The notes: generated by a model from the sequence alone, not told the origin. Shown: positions 9,765 to 19,610, counted from the first letter of the stretch. The stretch is 64,000 nucleotides of DNA from an uncultured candidate division Zixibacteria bacterium (GCA_963806185.1 CAWDXE010000007.1:1-64000); one strand, 5' to 3'. Numbers and translations are program-made.

Positions 9765-10970
9765 TCAGATCACCGCTTTCTGTTTCAACTCATCAAGCTG
9801 CACCTTGGTGTAGCCGAGCCGCCCCAGGATCTCGACATTGTGCTGTCCCAATGTCGGTGGCGGGGTTTCGACAGCGGCCTCCGACTGGTTAAAGAGCGCC
9901 GTCAGTCCAAACACCTCAATCTCGCCGATATCCGGCACGTTGATCTTCTGGAGCGTCCCGCGGTGCGCAATCTGGGGTTGACACAGCGCCTGGCGAAGAC
10001 TCAGAATCTCGCCACTTGGTACGTCACGTTGATTCAGCACTTCAACCCAATAGCTGGTCGGCTTGGTCGTCAACTGTGCTTCGAGTAGCGGGGTCAGCTC
10101 CTTGCGGTTTTTCTTTCGCGTGTCCCGCTCTTGGAAACGTGCGTCAGTTTTCAGTTCCGGCAGACCGACGACGTCGCAAACCGCCTCCCATTGCTCCTGC
10201 TTATTGGCCGCGATATTGATGTGACCATCGAGAGTCTTGAACGTGCCGCTCGGTGCAGCGGTGAAATTGTCATTCCCCATCACCGGTGGTTCCTGCCCAC
10301 CTATGAGAAAGTTAGCCGCGACCCAGCCCATAAGCGGCATGATCGAGTCAAGCAGTGCGACATCAATATGCTGCCCCTCACCTGTCCGCTGACAATGATA
10401 GAGTCCGGCCATCACGGCAAACGCAGCGTTGAGTCCGCCGACCGTGTCGCACACCGGAAAGCCAGCGCGCAGCGGTGTCAGTCGCTCGTCGCCGTTAATT
10501 GCCATCTCGCCGGACAGTCCCTGTATAATCTGGTCATATGCCGGCCGTTCAGCGTCCGGACCTGTTTGACCGAAACCCGAAATGCTGCAGTACACGATTC
10601 TGGGATTGATCTCGCGCAGAACGCCGTAGCCTAGCCCGAGGCGGTCCATGACGCCGGGTCGGAAATTCTCGATCACTACATCGGCGTCCTTTACCAGCCG
10701 CTTGAATATCTCCTTCCCTTCTGGGCTTTTGGTGTTGAGCGTGACCGATTTCTTATTGCAGTTCTGAGCCAAAAAGCTGGTTCCCATGAGGCGTTTGTTG
10801 TAATCGGGGACAATGCCAAGCTTGCGCGCCAAGTCACCGTCTTTGGGATTTTCAATTTTGATAACCTCGGCGCCTAACAGCGCCAAGTGGAGTGTGGCGA
10901 ACGGACCGGAAAGCACGTTGGTGAGGTCGAGAACCTTGATACCGTCGAGTATTCGCGTGTTGTTTCTCAT
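9765..10970 (-). CDS. CaiB/BaiF family III CoA transferase
   Basis: LDGIKVLDL, GAEVIKIE, ENFRPG, SISGFGQTGP, PVCD catalytic Asp region, PPPTLGQH. Confidence 0.92.
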   Translation of the reverse strand: MRNNTRILDGIKVLDLTNVLSGPFATLHLALLGAEVIKIENPKDGDLARKLGIVPDYNKRLMGTSFLAQNCNKKSVTLNTKSPEGKEIFKRLVKDADVVIENFRPGVMDRLGLGYGVLREINPRIVYCSISGFGQTGPDAERPAYDQIIQGLSGEMAINGDERLTPLRAGFPVCDTVGGLNAAFAVMAGLYHCQRTGEGQHIDVALLDSIMPLMGWVAANFLIGGQEPPVMGNDNFTAAPSGTFKTLDGHINIAANKQEQWEAVCDVVGLPELKTDARFQERDTRKKNRKELTPLLEAQLTTKPTSYWVEVLNQRDVPSGEILSLRQALCQPQIAHRGTLQKINVPDIGEIEVFGLTALFNQSEAAVETPPPTLGQHNVEILGRLGYTKVQLDELKQKAVI

Positions 10971-10982
10971 GCTACATCCACC

Positions 10983-11879
10983 TTAATAGGAAAGAAAGCC
11001 TGACTTGTGGACCCGGCCGGGCATCTCCCGTCCGAAGTAGACGGCGACATCTCGCGCAACAGCAACGAGTGCGGACAGATCGATTCCCTTGCGCAAGCCG
11101 GAGCGCCCCAGGGCATGCACAAGGTCTTCAGTGGCGACGTTACCCGCGGCCACTTTGGTGAACGGACATCCGCCTAAGCCCGCGAAGGAAGTTTCGAAAC
11201 TCACCACCCCCGATTCAAGCGCTGCAAAGACGTTGGCCATACCGAGACCGTACGTGTCGTGGAAGTGGCAGGTGCAGTAGATATCGGGCGCAAGGCGGCG
11301 GATATCGCCGAATAACTTCCGCACCTGATCAGGATGGGCATGACCGGCGGTATCGGCCAGACTAATGTTGGTGAGTCCTGCCTCAAGATAAGTGCGGACC
11401 ATGGTCAGGACGCGCTCGCGGGGGATCGGTCCTTCGAATCCACAGCCGAAAGCACTCTGTACCGAAACCTGGACAATGGTACCAGCGGTCATGGCTTCTT
11501 TCGCGATGGCTACAATCCGGCCCAGAGCTTCGTCGGTCCCCGTGCCAGTGTTCTTCCTGCTGTGCGTCTCGGATGCTGATACGCCAAGGCAAAACATTTG
11601 GACGCCGCAAGCCAAACCGCGCTCGAGTCCTTTTTCATTAAGGACGAGCCCAGAGAAGATCGCACGGTGTTTCTCGTTTCTGAGCGCCAGAAACAACTCA
11701 TCGGTGTCGGCCATTTGCGGCATTTTTTCTCTATGAACAAATGAGCCAACCTGGATGATATCAACGCCGGTAGCAGCAAGAGCACGAATCCACTCGAGTT
11801 TCTTATCGGTCGGGACCGTTTGCCTTTCGGCCTGCAGGCCATCCCGAGGGCCGACTTCATGAACGATAATCTTCGACAT
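10983..11879 (-). CDS. HMG-CoA lyase-like (DRE-TIM) acyl-CoA lyase
   Basis: EVGPRDGLQ, LADT, HFHDT, GLGGCPF, GNVATEDLV. Confidence 0.9.
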   Translation of the reverse strand: MSKIIVHEVGPRDGLQAERQTVPTDKKLEWIRALAATGVDIIQVGSFVHREKMPQMADTDELFLALRNEKHRAIFSGLVLNEKGLERGLACGVQMFCLGVSASETHSRKNTGTGTDEALGRIVAIAKEAMTAGTIVQVSVQSAFGCGFEGPIPRERVLTMVRTYLEAGLTNISLADTAGHAHPDQVRKLFGDIRRLAPDIYCTCHFHDTYGLGMANVFAALESGVVSFETSFAGLGGCPFTKVAAGNVATEDLVHALGRSGLRKGIDLSALVAVARDVAVYFGREMPGRVHKSGFLSY

Positions 11880-11896
11880 TGCCGGATCCTCGTGCA

Positions 11897-13015
11897 TTAT
11901 AATTTCCGAGCGATGGCTTCGCCCATCTCCAGGGTCGTCGCGCTGCCGCCCATGTCGTAGGTTCGCACCTTGCCTTCAGAGATGACTGCTGCAACAGCTT
12001 TTTCCAGTCTGACGGCCTTATCCGTTTCACACAGCCATGCGAGCATCATCTTGGCGGCCAGAATCGTAGCGATAGGATTCACTTTGTACTGGCCGGCGTA
12101 CTTGGGCGCACTTCCGTGTGTTGGTTCGAACACCGCAAGCTTGTCACCAATGTTGCCCGAGCAGCCGAAGCCAAGTCCGCCCACCATTTGAGCGGCGAGG
12201 TCACTGACTATGTCGCCAAACATATTCGTGGCCACGAGTACCCCGTAGTTTTTCGGGTTCTTGAGGAGCCACATGCAGATCGCATCAATGTTGGCATCAT
12301 CCATCTGGATGCCGGGGTAATCTCTCGCGACGCGCTTGCCCGTCTCAAGAAACATCCCTTCAGTGGCGCGCACTACGTTCGCCTTGTGAATCACCGTGAC
12401 TTTTGGATAGCCGAACTCTTTAGCGTACTGAAAAGCGGCACGGATGATCCTCTCGCAACCCATTTTGCTATTGATTTTGCACGTGATAGCATAATCGCTA
12501 TTGGGCATTTTCGCGAAATGGGCAAACGGCTTGCTAAGTTTCGACAATGTGGCAACTAGTTCGTCAGGAACCGTGGCAAACTCAACGCCTGCGTACAGAT
12601 CTTCGGTGTTCTCACGAAATACCACTAGGTCAATTCCCTCTTTGTAGTTGAGAGGATTGCCCGGATAGGCCCGGCAGGGGCGCAGGCAGGTATAGAGATC
12701 GAACATTTGGCGCATACGCACGATAGGGCTTCGGTACACCAGACCTTTGCCCTTCAGTTCAGAGTCAAGCTCACTCTCAGCCTCCTTGACGGGTTTCGAG
12801 GTGATGGCGCCGAACAGGGCAGCATCACTTTGCTTCAGTAGGCTGACGGTGCGATCGGGGAAAGCATCGCCTTCCTTGCACCAAAATTCCCAACCGATAT
12901 CGCCATGGGGGTAGGTGGCGTCGAACTTGAGGGCGTCGAGGCAGATCTTGGCCGCCTCGAGTACTTCGACTCCTACCCCATCACCAGGTAACCATGCGAT
13001 TCTGTGCGTACTCAT
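11897..13015 (-). CDS. isocitrate/isopropylmalate family decarboxylating dehydrogenase (homoisocitrate DH-like)
   Basis: PGDGVGVEV, RENTEDLY, HKANV, NMFGDIVSD, FEPTHGSAP; YRSPIVRMR resembles the HICDH-type segment. Confidence 0.88.
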   Translation of the reverse strand: MSTHRIAWLPGDGVGVEVLEAAKICLDALKFDATYPHGDIGWEFWCKEGDAFPDRTVSLLKQSDAALFGAITSKPVKEAESELDSELKGKGLVYRSPIVRMRQMFDLYTCLRPCRAYPGNPLNYKEGIDLVVFRENTEDLYAGVEFATVPDELVATLSKLSKPFAHFAKMPNSDYAITCKINSKMGCERIIRAAFQYAKEFGYPKVTVIHKANVVRATEGMFLETGKRVARDYPGIQMDDANIDAICMWLLKNPKNYGVLVATNMFGDIVSDLAAQMVGGLGFGCSGNIGDKLAVFEPTHGSAPKYAGQYKVNPIATILAAKMMLAWLCETDKAVRLEKAVAAVISEGKVRTYDMGGSATTLEMGEAIARKL

Positions 13016-13086
13016 CTATCCTCCTTCGTCTGATAGGTGTCGGATAAGCATTCGTAGGTTGGCAATGTCTATATTGGCGGCGCTAA

Positions 13087-13109
13087 GTTCATGCCATTTA
13101 GGAATGAAC
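13087..13109. promoter_or_regulatory. LysR recognition box (GTTCAT-N11-ATGAAC)
   Basis: Inverted repeat with T-N11-A core in the divergent intergenic region; second TCAT-N11-ATGA at 13223-13241. Confidence 0.6.
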
Positions 13110-13237
13110 CTGAGCCAACCGATAGAAACACTCAAAAACAACAACCATACTAATTTGCTATTGTCCTCGAGTAACATATACGATATCGTTAAGCTGATGC
13201 CAAACGATGATTACTCAGAGGTTCATTCTAAAAAGTC

Positions 13238-14149
13238 ATGACTTCTGGTCGAATTCTACCATCACTAATGTCGCTTCAGTGCTTTGATGCCGCTGTGCGT
13301 CACATGAGCTTTACCAGAGCGGCACGCGAGTTGAACGTCACTCAGAGCGCGGTGAGTCGGCAAGTTCGGCACTTAGAGGAATATGTTGGCCGGCCGTTGT
13401 TTCAGCGCCACAAACAACGGCTGGTCTTGACCGAGGCGGGAGAGGCATATGCACGTTCGATTCGTGAGCTTCTCGACAGAGCCGAAGCGGCAACCCTTCA
13501 GGTAATGGCCTACGGTAGTGGGGGGGGAACGCTAACCATTGCACTACTGCCTACCTTTGGATCGCGCTGGCTCGTCCCTCGTCTCGGCGACTTCACGGCT
13601 CGCTATCCGGACATACAGCTAAACTTAATGACGCAGGTGAAGCCGTTTGATTTTGCAGGAAGTGATATGGATGTAGCGATTCACTTTGGCATTGACAGCT
13701 GGCCGGGTGGGGACTGTCATAGGCTCATGGGCGAAACGATCGTCCCTGTGGCAGCACCGTCGCTCCTAGCAGGACGGCCGGAACTAGTCAGTCCCGAAGA
13801 CATTGGTCGTTTCACTCTCTTGCAGCATGTCACCCGACCACGGGCCTGGCAGGAATGGTTGTGCGATTGTGGAGTGACGAAAGTCGACGGGAGATTGGGA
13901 CCGCGATTTGAGCAGTTTCAGATGGTCATTCAAGCCGCGATTGCTGGCCTTGGATTGGCGGTATTGCCATTGTTCCTAATTCGCGAGGAACTCGCGAGTG
14001 GTCAGTTGATTGTAGCTATTGATCACCCGGTGACGAGTGAGCATGCGTACTACCTGGTTCACCCAGAATCTAAAGCAGATCTTCGGCGCGTTGTCGTGTT
14101 TCGTGATTGGTTGCTCGCCCAATGCGCATCGCAGAAAACGGACAAATAG
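13238..14149 (+). CDS. LysR family regulator, GcvA/GcdR-like
   Basis: SFTRAARELNVTQSAVSRQV HTH; LPTFGSRWLVPRL; LLQHVTRPRAW; GPRFE. Confidence 0.9.
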   Translation: MTSGRILPSLMSLQCFDAAVRHMSFTRAARELNVTQSAVSRQVRHLEEYVGRPLFQRHKQRLVLTEAGEAYARSIRELLDRAEAATLQVMAYGSGGGTLTIALLPTFGSRWLVPRLGDFTARYPDIQLNLMTQVKPFDFAGSDMDVAIHFGIDSWPGGDCHRLMGETIVPVAAPSLLAGRPELVSPEDIGRFTLLQHVTRPRAWQEWLCDCGVTKVDGRLGPRFEQFQMVIQAAIAGLGLAVLPLFLIREELASGQLIVAIDHPVTSEHAYYLVHPESKADLRRVVVFRDWLLAQCASQKTDK

Positions 14150-14452
14150 GAACAACTTCAAGCCCCCCTGTGCATCACCTCTCAAGAGCTATTGACCGAG
14201 TGCGCAGCGGCAACCTTGCGGCGGGCTCAATGTTGCCTCGTCGATTTGGCCAATGATTGGACGCCCGCGATTGTCCTGGATCAGATTCAATGAAACGCCT
14301 GCTCCTTCCAAGAGCTGAGAGTGTGGTGCATGCAGCCGGTATCACTGCTGTAAGAGCCAGGTCGTCGGGCTATGGGCTTCTCTGTTCGTCGGCCGTCGCA
14401 TCTTCGTTCCCCCATGACTATGATCCAGCTGCTTTTGCCAACTGAAGGAGTT

Positions 14453-15391
14453 CTACTTCGCAGTCCTGCCACCTCCTCTAGGCAACGGTTCTTTTCGAAA
14501 TATCAGCGTTCTGGCCGTGTTGCAGATCGCTACGACGGCAGGATGCTTGATGCGGCGATCGACGGTTACTGCGTACAGACGCTCCCGCACGTCCGTAATG
14601 GTGCCCACTGCGCGCACCTGGTATTGACGCTCTATCTCGGTTGCGATGACCGACATTGCCGGGAAGATGCCTACGCCGCGCATGCCGAACACTTTCAAGA
14701 GGGCGCTGTCATCGAATTCACCGACGATATTGGGACGGATTGCCCGGGCATCAAACCACTGCTCAAGCGACCGACGTAAGGAAGTGTTTTCGGCGGGAAG
14801 TAGCATAGGTGCGCCACTCAACGAATCCGGGAACTTCCTTCGGAGGTCCGCAGCGAGATCCTTCCGACCGAAGAAGGTGATGTCAGATTCTCCTAGCAAG
14901 TGATTGTACGCGTGTACCTTCACATGGGGGCTGGCAGGGGCATCCGACAGGATCACGTCTAACTCGTGCAGGGCAAGGTCAGCGAGCAGTCGTTCCGGTT
15001 TGTCGTCTCGACAGACCAACCGTACTGGCCCGCCAAGCTGAAAAGCCTGACTCAGAACACGTTCTGCTACCAGTTTTGGGATGACATCAGCAATGCCGAC
15101 ATTCACCCGCAGCGACCGTCCGGTTGGCCGATCCTTGAGGGTATCGAGCATCTCTCTACCGAGCCCGAAAATCTCGTCGGCGTATCGGTAGGCAATTCGC
15201 CCTTCTTCGGTAAGGACAAGATTTCGACCACATTTTTCAAAGAGCTGCTGGCCAAGGACCTCCTCCAACACATGTATCTGCTTGCTGACCGTGGATTGTG
15301 CTAATCGTAGTTCAACACAGGCGCGCGCGAGACTGCCCTCTCTCGCCACGAGCCAAAAGTATAGCAGGTGGTGATAATTGACCCATTCCAT
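14453..15391 (-). CDS. nhaR: LysR family transcriptional activator NhaR
   Basis: NYHHLLYFW, VGIADVIPK, EFDDSALLKVFG, RRIKHPAV. Confidence 0.85.
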   Translation of the reverse strand: MEWVNYHHLLYFWLVAREGSLARACVELRLAQSTVSKQIHVLEEVLGQQLFEKCGRNLVLTEEGRIAYRYADEIFGLGREMLDTLKDRPTGRSLRVNVGIADVIPKLVAERVLSQAFQLGGPVRLVCRDDKPERLLADLALHELDVILSDAPASPHVKVHAYNHLLGESDITFFGRKDLAADLRRKFPDSLSGAPMLLPAENTSLRRSLEQWFDARAIRPNIVGEFDDSALLKVFGMRGVGIFPAMSVIATEIERQYQVRAVGTITDVRERLYAVTVDRRIKHPAVVAICNTARTLIFRKEPLPRGGGRTAK

Positions 15392-15503
15392 GTCTTTATA
15401 AATACTTCGATTAGAGCGAAGAGTCAATGACAATTTATCTATGAATCTAAGTACCAGGGAGGACGTAAAATAGGCACGATCGGAATTGTAATGGAGGCAA
15501 GGG

Positions 15504-15926
15504 ATGAGGATTCATGTAGTAGGCCGAACAGTCGAGATCGATGACAACTTACACGGTTTTGTCGAACGCCGCATCCTCTTGGCGCTGGGGCGACTTTCTC
15601 CAGGCATTCACTGTGCCATCGTGCGCCTGCACGATCTAAACGGTCCGCGCGGCGGTATGGATAAGACGTGCCAAATTGAAGTGCGCTTGCGATCTCGTAA
15701 TGGTCTGGTTGTCGAGCATACGGACAGTAATTTGTATGCAGCGATCAGCCGAGCGGCCGACAGGGCCGGGCGAGCCGTTGTACAGACGAAAGAGCGCGCT
15801 CGGCGGCACCGAAGGGACAGGGTCCCGGCCGATACCCGCGAGCATGTAGAAGAAAGACGGGAGAATATGGAAGATTTATGGTACGAACGAGATGTGGAAC
15901 AATCAGGAAAGGAGTACCATCGATGA
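15504..15926 (+). CDS. HPF/RaiA family ribosome-associated protein
   Basis: VRLHDLNGPRGGMDKTC...LYAAISRAADR, typical of HPF-like genes next to nhaR. Confidence 0.8.
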   Translation: MRIHVVGRTVEIDDNLHGFVERRILLALGRLSPGIHCAIVRLHDLNGPRGGMDKTCQIEVRLRSRNGLVVEHTDSNLYAAISRAADRAGRAVVQTKERARRHRRDRVPADTREHVEERRENMEDLWYERDVEQSGKEYHR

Positions 15927-16237
15927 AATGCCCGCGCTGTGAGTCCTCTGTGCTCGCCGAACAGAATCGAGGAGGAATTGCCGTAGACGTCTGTTCGCAA
16001 TGCCGCGGCGTTTGGCTGGATCGGGGAGAGCTGGAAAAACTGATTTCCCAGGCGCAGGCAATCGATGAACAGGCTCAATACGATCGCCCAGATGACTTCG
16101 ATGATGATGACCACAGTCGAAACAAGGGACAGTATCGGCATCACGATGATCGTGAGTCCGGTGATCGTCCGTATGATGCCCAGGGTCGGCCGCGCAAGCG
16201 GCGGTGGTATGAGTCCTTCACTGATATGTTTGATTGA
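15923..16237 (+). CDS. zf-TFIIB zinc-ribbon protein
   Basis: MKCPRC...DVCSQCRGVWLDRGELEKL, acidic/basic tail ending FD; ATGA overlap with upstream gene. Confidence 0.85.
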   Translation: MKCPRCESSVLAEQNRGGIAVDVCSQCRGVWLDRGELEKLISQAQAIDEQAQYDRPDDFDDDDHSRNKGQYRHHDDRESGDRPYDAQGRPRKRRWYESFTDMFD

Positions 16238-16403
16238 CAGAGGTGCGTCCTTGTAGCTAGCTGCCAAACTGGCGTGGACGAGCATTCGCCTCTTGAGGCG
16301 CAGCCCACCATGGGCTGCGCCGCCCAGAACTGTCAGATGGTCAAAAAGGCGCCAACTACGTCTACCTAGAAAAGAGGCGCGGTGGGGCTATTCTCAGTGG
16401 AGG

Positions 16404-16772
16404 ATGATTGAAGTGAAGATAGTGATTCAGCGTCCAGGAGCACCTGTGCAGGACCGCCTTGATTGGTATGCAGAGAAGTTGTGTCTTGGCACCCTCCGGA
16501 CACCTGGGGTGGAATCGGTCACAGTACAATTGGATGTACTGCAAGACCCGGCTACGCTACTCGAGCAATGCGATAATCTCTGTCGCATCCGTGTAGAATT
16601 AGTAGACGGTTGCCACGTTGCGACCGAGGCCGTCGACTCGGATGAACTCATGGCTATGTGTCATGCTGTAGACAGAATAAAATGTGCCTTGATTGAGCGC
16701 CCATCCGGCCTTGTTGAGGTTGACCGAGTTGCTACAGGGTTCGATGAATCTCGAATCGCAGAACACTTATAG
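16404..16772 (+). CDS. divergent second HPF/RaiA-like protein
   Basis: GGAGG RBS; VESVTVQLD...CRIRVEL...AMCHAVDRIK parallels the HPF fold pattern. Confidence 0.45.
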   Translation: MIEVKIVIQRPGAPVQDRLDWYAEKLCLGTLRTPGVESVTVQLDVLQDPATLLEQCDNLCRIRVELVDGCHVATEAVDSDELMAMCHAVDRIKCALIERPSGLVEVDRVATGFDESRIAEHL

Positions 16773-16788
16773 CATCGGAGGCAGTACA

Positions 16789-17949
16789 ATGAAACTGGAA
16801 CAACTGCAACAACACATCCGTTTTCTCGCCTCATTAGAGGAGAGTGAGCAACCGATCGTTTCCTGCTATATCGATTTGACAGCGCCTAGAGATGAACGAC
16901 AGAAGTATCTTGTCAAGCGTATCGACAGCATAGTCCGAACGTGGCCCAACGGTGCGCAGCGTGGGCACATCGTGGATGCCCTAAATTCGGTAGTGCGTCA
17001 AGCAAGCCTGGCTAACGAACCCGAAACCAAAAGTCTGGCCGTGTTTGCTCGCGGGGGCGTCAGCTCATTCTGTCTTCCTATGCGTTTCCCGCTTCCTTTG
17101 CCTACCACCCTTACAGTGGATAGAGTTCCTCATCTGTCACACCTCGTCGTCATGAAGGACCGTTACTATCGTTACGTCGTGCTGGTAACTACCAGTAGGA
17201 GTGCGAAGATCCTTGAAGTAAGTCTGGGTGAGGTTAGCCAGCATATGTCGGTGGAACGACAGGAGCCAGAAGCAAAAGTCGGCCGAGAATGGACGCGCCT
17301 GCATTATCAGAACTATCGTAGCGAAAAGAAAAGGCAGTTTATCAAGGAGAAGATCGCCGTCCTGGAGCGACTCATGGCAGACGAAAGGTACGGTCACCTC
17401 ATTCTGGCAGGTGAATCTGACTATGTTCATGAAGTGCGAAGGGCACTTCCCAAGCACCTGTCGACAAAGCTAATTGACGTGTTATCGCTCTCCAACCCTG
17501 CCGACCGCGAGACAGTTCTCAAGGAAACGCTCGCGGCTTTCATGAAGGCTGAAGAGGACGAGTCGTTGCTAACGGTGGAACGGCTCTTCAACGCCTTTTA
17601 CCGAAACGATCTGGCTGCACTTGGGGCGGAGGATACTTTTAATGCGATGCTCCAGGAACGGGTCGATACACTGGTAATTGAGGCAGATTGCGATCTTGGA
17701 GCAGTGCAAATTTGTAAGCTCTGCCGGTGGGTGTCGATGGCTGAGCCACAGCCTGAGGTATGTGGCGTCTGTGGTTCGCCTGTTTTACACAAGTACGACA
17801 CCCGAGAGGAGCTTATCAGATTGGCGGAGAAGAGACGGTGTCGAATTGAAACCGTGGGCCGATCTGAACAGCTACATCGAGCCGGCGGTGTTGGGTGCTT
17901 CCTTCGCTATGCCCTGATACCGGACAATGTTATGTCGGGAGGCAAATAG
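16789..17949 (+). CDS. bacterial archaeo-eukaryotic release factor (baeRF/eRF1-like) family protein with Zn ribbon
   Basis: SCYIDL, LAVFARG, PHL, LILAGE, RVDTLVI, CKLC...CGVCG, GGVGCFLRY C-terminus. Confidence 0.75.
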   Translation: MKLEQLQQHIRFLASLEESEQPIVSCYIDLTAPRDERQKYLVKRIDSIVRTWPNGAQRGHIVDALNSVVRQASLANEPETKSLAVFARGGVSSFCLPMRFPLPLPTTLTVDRVPHLSHLVVMKDRYYRYVVLVTTSRSAKILEVSLGEVSQHMSVERQEPEAKVGREWTRLHYQNYRSEKKRQFIKEKIAVLERLMADERYGHLILAGESDYVHEVRRALPKHLSTKLIDVLSLSNPADRETVLKETLAAFMKAEEDESLLTVERLFNAFYRNDLAALGAEDTFNAMLQERVDTLVIEADCDLGAVQICKLCRWVSMAEPQPEVCGVCGSPVLHKYDTREELIRLAEKRRCRIETVGRSEQLHRAGGVGCFLRYALIPDNVMSGGK

Positions 17950-18099
17950 TGGAGCCGTAGCGTAGCGATGAACTTTCGCCTATCGTCGCAGGGTTTTGTG
18001 CCCTTGGAGTCGAAGCTGTGATCGATCAAGTGCGGATGGCAATTGAGCCGAGTTGGAATCAATAGTGAGAACGAGCAGAAATATGAAAGGAGACGAGCA

Positions 18100-18345
18100 A
18101 TGTCCGAGGTGAAATCTGCAAAGCGACGCGCTCATCAAGAATCGCGTAGAGCAGCACGGTGTAACGGGGGCGGCGAGATTTCCGCTGAAGAGCGCTATCG
18201 CATGATTGCGGAAGCAGCATACTATCGTGCTGTGAAGCGTGGTTTTGCCGGAGGCGACACAGTTAATGACTGGCTCGAGGCCCAAGCGGAAGTGGATGCC
18301 GAACTGGCCAGTATACAGCGTCAAGGGGAACAAGGCAGTAAGTGA
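18100..18345 (+). CDS. DUF2934 domain protein, copy 1
   Basis: IAEAAYYRAVKRGFAGG...DWLEAQAE. Confidence 0.85.
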   Translation: MSEVKSAKRRAHQESRRAARCNGGGEISAEERYRMIAEAAYYRAVKRGFAGGDTVNDWLEAQAEVDAELASIQRQGEQGSK

Positions 18346-18406
18346 CGATCCTTGAGCATATGCAGAATCTGGCCCTTTCAACGATGGAAGATTCAGCTGC
18401 TACCAT
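18143..18406 (+). repeat. ~260-bp direct repeat (second copy 19618-19881)
   Basis: Colinear similarity covers the DUF2934 CDS and ~60 bp of 3' non-coding DNA. Confidence 0.85.
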
Positions 18407-18434
18407 TTGGTAATGAATATTGGAGGTTAGCGCA

Positions 18435-19496
18435 ATGTCGCAGAATATGAAATGCTTCGTAATGCAGGGAATAGGCAAAGTTGGGTTTGCGGAAAAGCCC
18501 ATACCTAAGGCTGGGCCGAACGATGCCGTCATCAAAGCGACGCACGCACTTGTATGTACATCAGATATTCATACTGTGAACGGTGCAATCGGTGATCGCC
18601 GTAATCTCACGCTTGGGCACGAGGCGGTTGGAGTTGTACACGATGTAGGTGAGCAAGTGACGTCCTTCAAGAGGGGTGATAAGGTTGCAGTGAACGCCAT
18701 TACACCATGTTACAAATGTGAGAACTGCCTGCGCGGCTATACGTCTCAATGTACACAGATGCTCGGCGGCTGGAAATTCGCTAACATCAAGGACGGTACC
18801 TTCGCGGAGTATTTCCATGTAAATGATGCGGAGGCCAATCTAGCCCTCATCCCGCAGAAAGTGGGGCCCGAGGCAGCGGTTTATACCTGTGATATGATGT
18901 CTACCGGATTTATGGGGGCCGAGTTTGCCAATGTTCCGCTAGGAGGGAACGTAGCTGTATTTGCCCTCGGACCGGTTGGACTTATGGCGGCAGTGGGCGC
19001 GAAGCTCAAGGGTGCGGGTCTGATTATTGGCGTGGATGGTGTGACCGAGCGGCTAGAATTGGCCAAGAAATTGGGGGTCGATATCGCAGTGAACTTCAAG
19101 AAGGCCGATCCGATTAAGAGGATTCTCGAGTTGACCGATGGCCAGGGCGTGGACTCTGCCATCGAATGCCTCGGTGGGCAAGTGACATTCGAAGCCTGCA
19201 TAAAAGCCACTCGACCTGGCGGTACAATCTCGGTGACGGGTTACTTTGGCGAGGGCGAATATGTCAATATTCCGCGCATGGAATGGGGTGTGGGCATGAG
19301 TGACAAAGTCATACGAACCGGACTTTGTCCAGGTGGTAAAGAGAGGATGAAGAGACTCCTCAGACTAATCGAAATGGACAAAGTCGACCCGACACCTCTG
19401 ACTACGCATACCTTTCCCTTTGAACAGGTAGACAAGGCGTTCCATTTGATGGCAACCAAGGAAGACGGCATCATCAAACCACTCATTACATTTTGA
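18435..19496 (+). CDS. zinc-dependent NAD(P)-dependent alcohol dehydrogenase (secondary ADH-like)
   Basis: CTSDIHT, GHEAVG, CYKCENC..C, DMMSTGF, LCPGGKERM. Confidence 0.9.
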   Translation: MSQNMKCFVMQGIGKVGFAEKPIPKAGPNDAVIKATHALVCTSDIHTVNGAIGDRRNLTLGHEAVGVVHDVGEQVTSFKRGDKVAVNAITPCYKCENCLRGYTSQCTQMLGGWKFANIKDGTFAEYFHVNDAEANLALIPQKVGPEAAVYTCDMMSTGFMGAEFANVPLGGNVAVFALGPVGLMAAVGAKLKGAGLIIGVDGVTERLELAKKLGVDIAVNFKKADPIKRILELTDGQGVDSAIECLGGQVTFEACIKATRPGGTISVTGYFGEGEYVNIPRMEWGVGMSDKVIRTGLCPGGKERMKRLLRLIEMDKVDPTPLTTHTFPFEQVDKAFHLMATKEDGIIKPLITF

Positions 19497-19610
19497 TTGA
19501 CAAAAAGCGATGACTGTGAAATAGATAGCTGGATTAGCGGAGATGCTTTGAATATGTGTCGGCATCAATGGCTTGTCAAAACGAACACTGCTGTGACTTG
19601 TCCTCCATTT

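Noticed and set aside
7951..13015. Ordinary leuBCD leucine biosynthesis operon
   Set aside because: No leuA or ilv genes; interleaved CoA transferase and lyase, a divergent LysR and island location argue against it, so leu symbols were not assigned.
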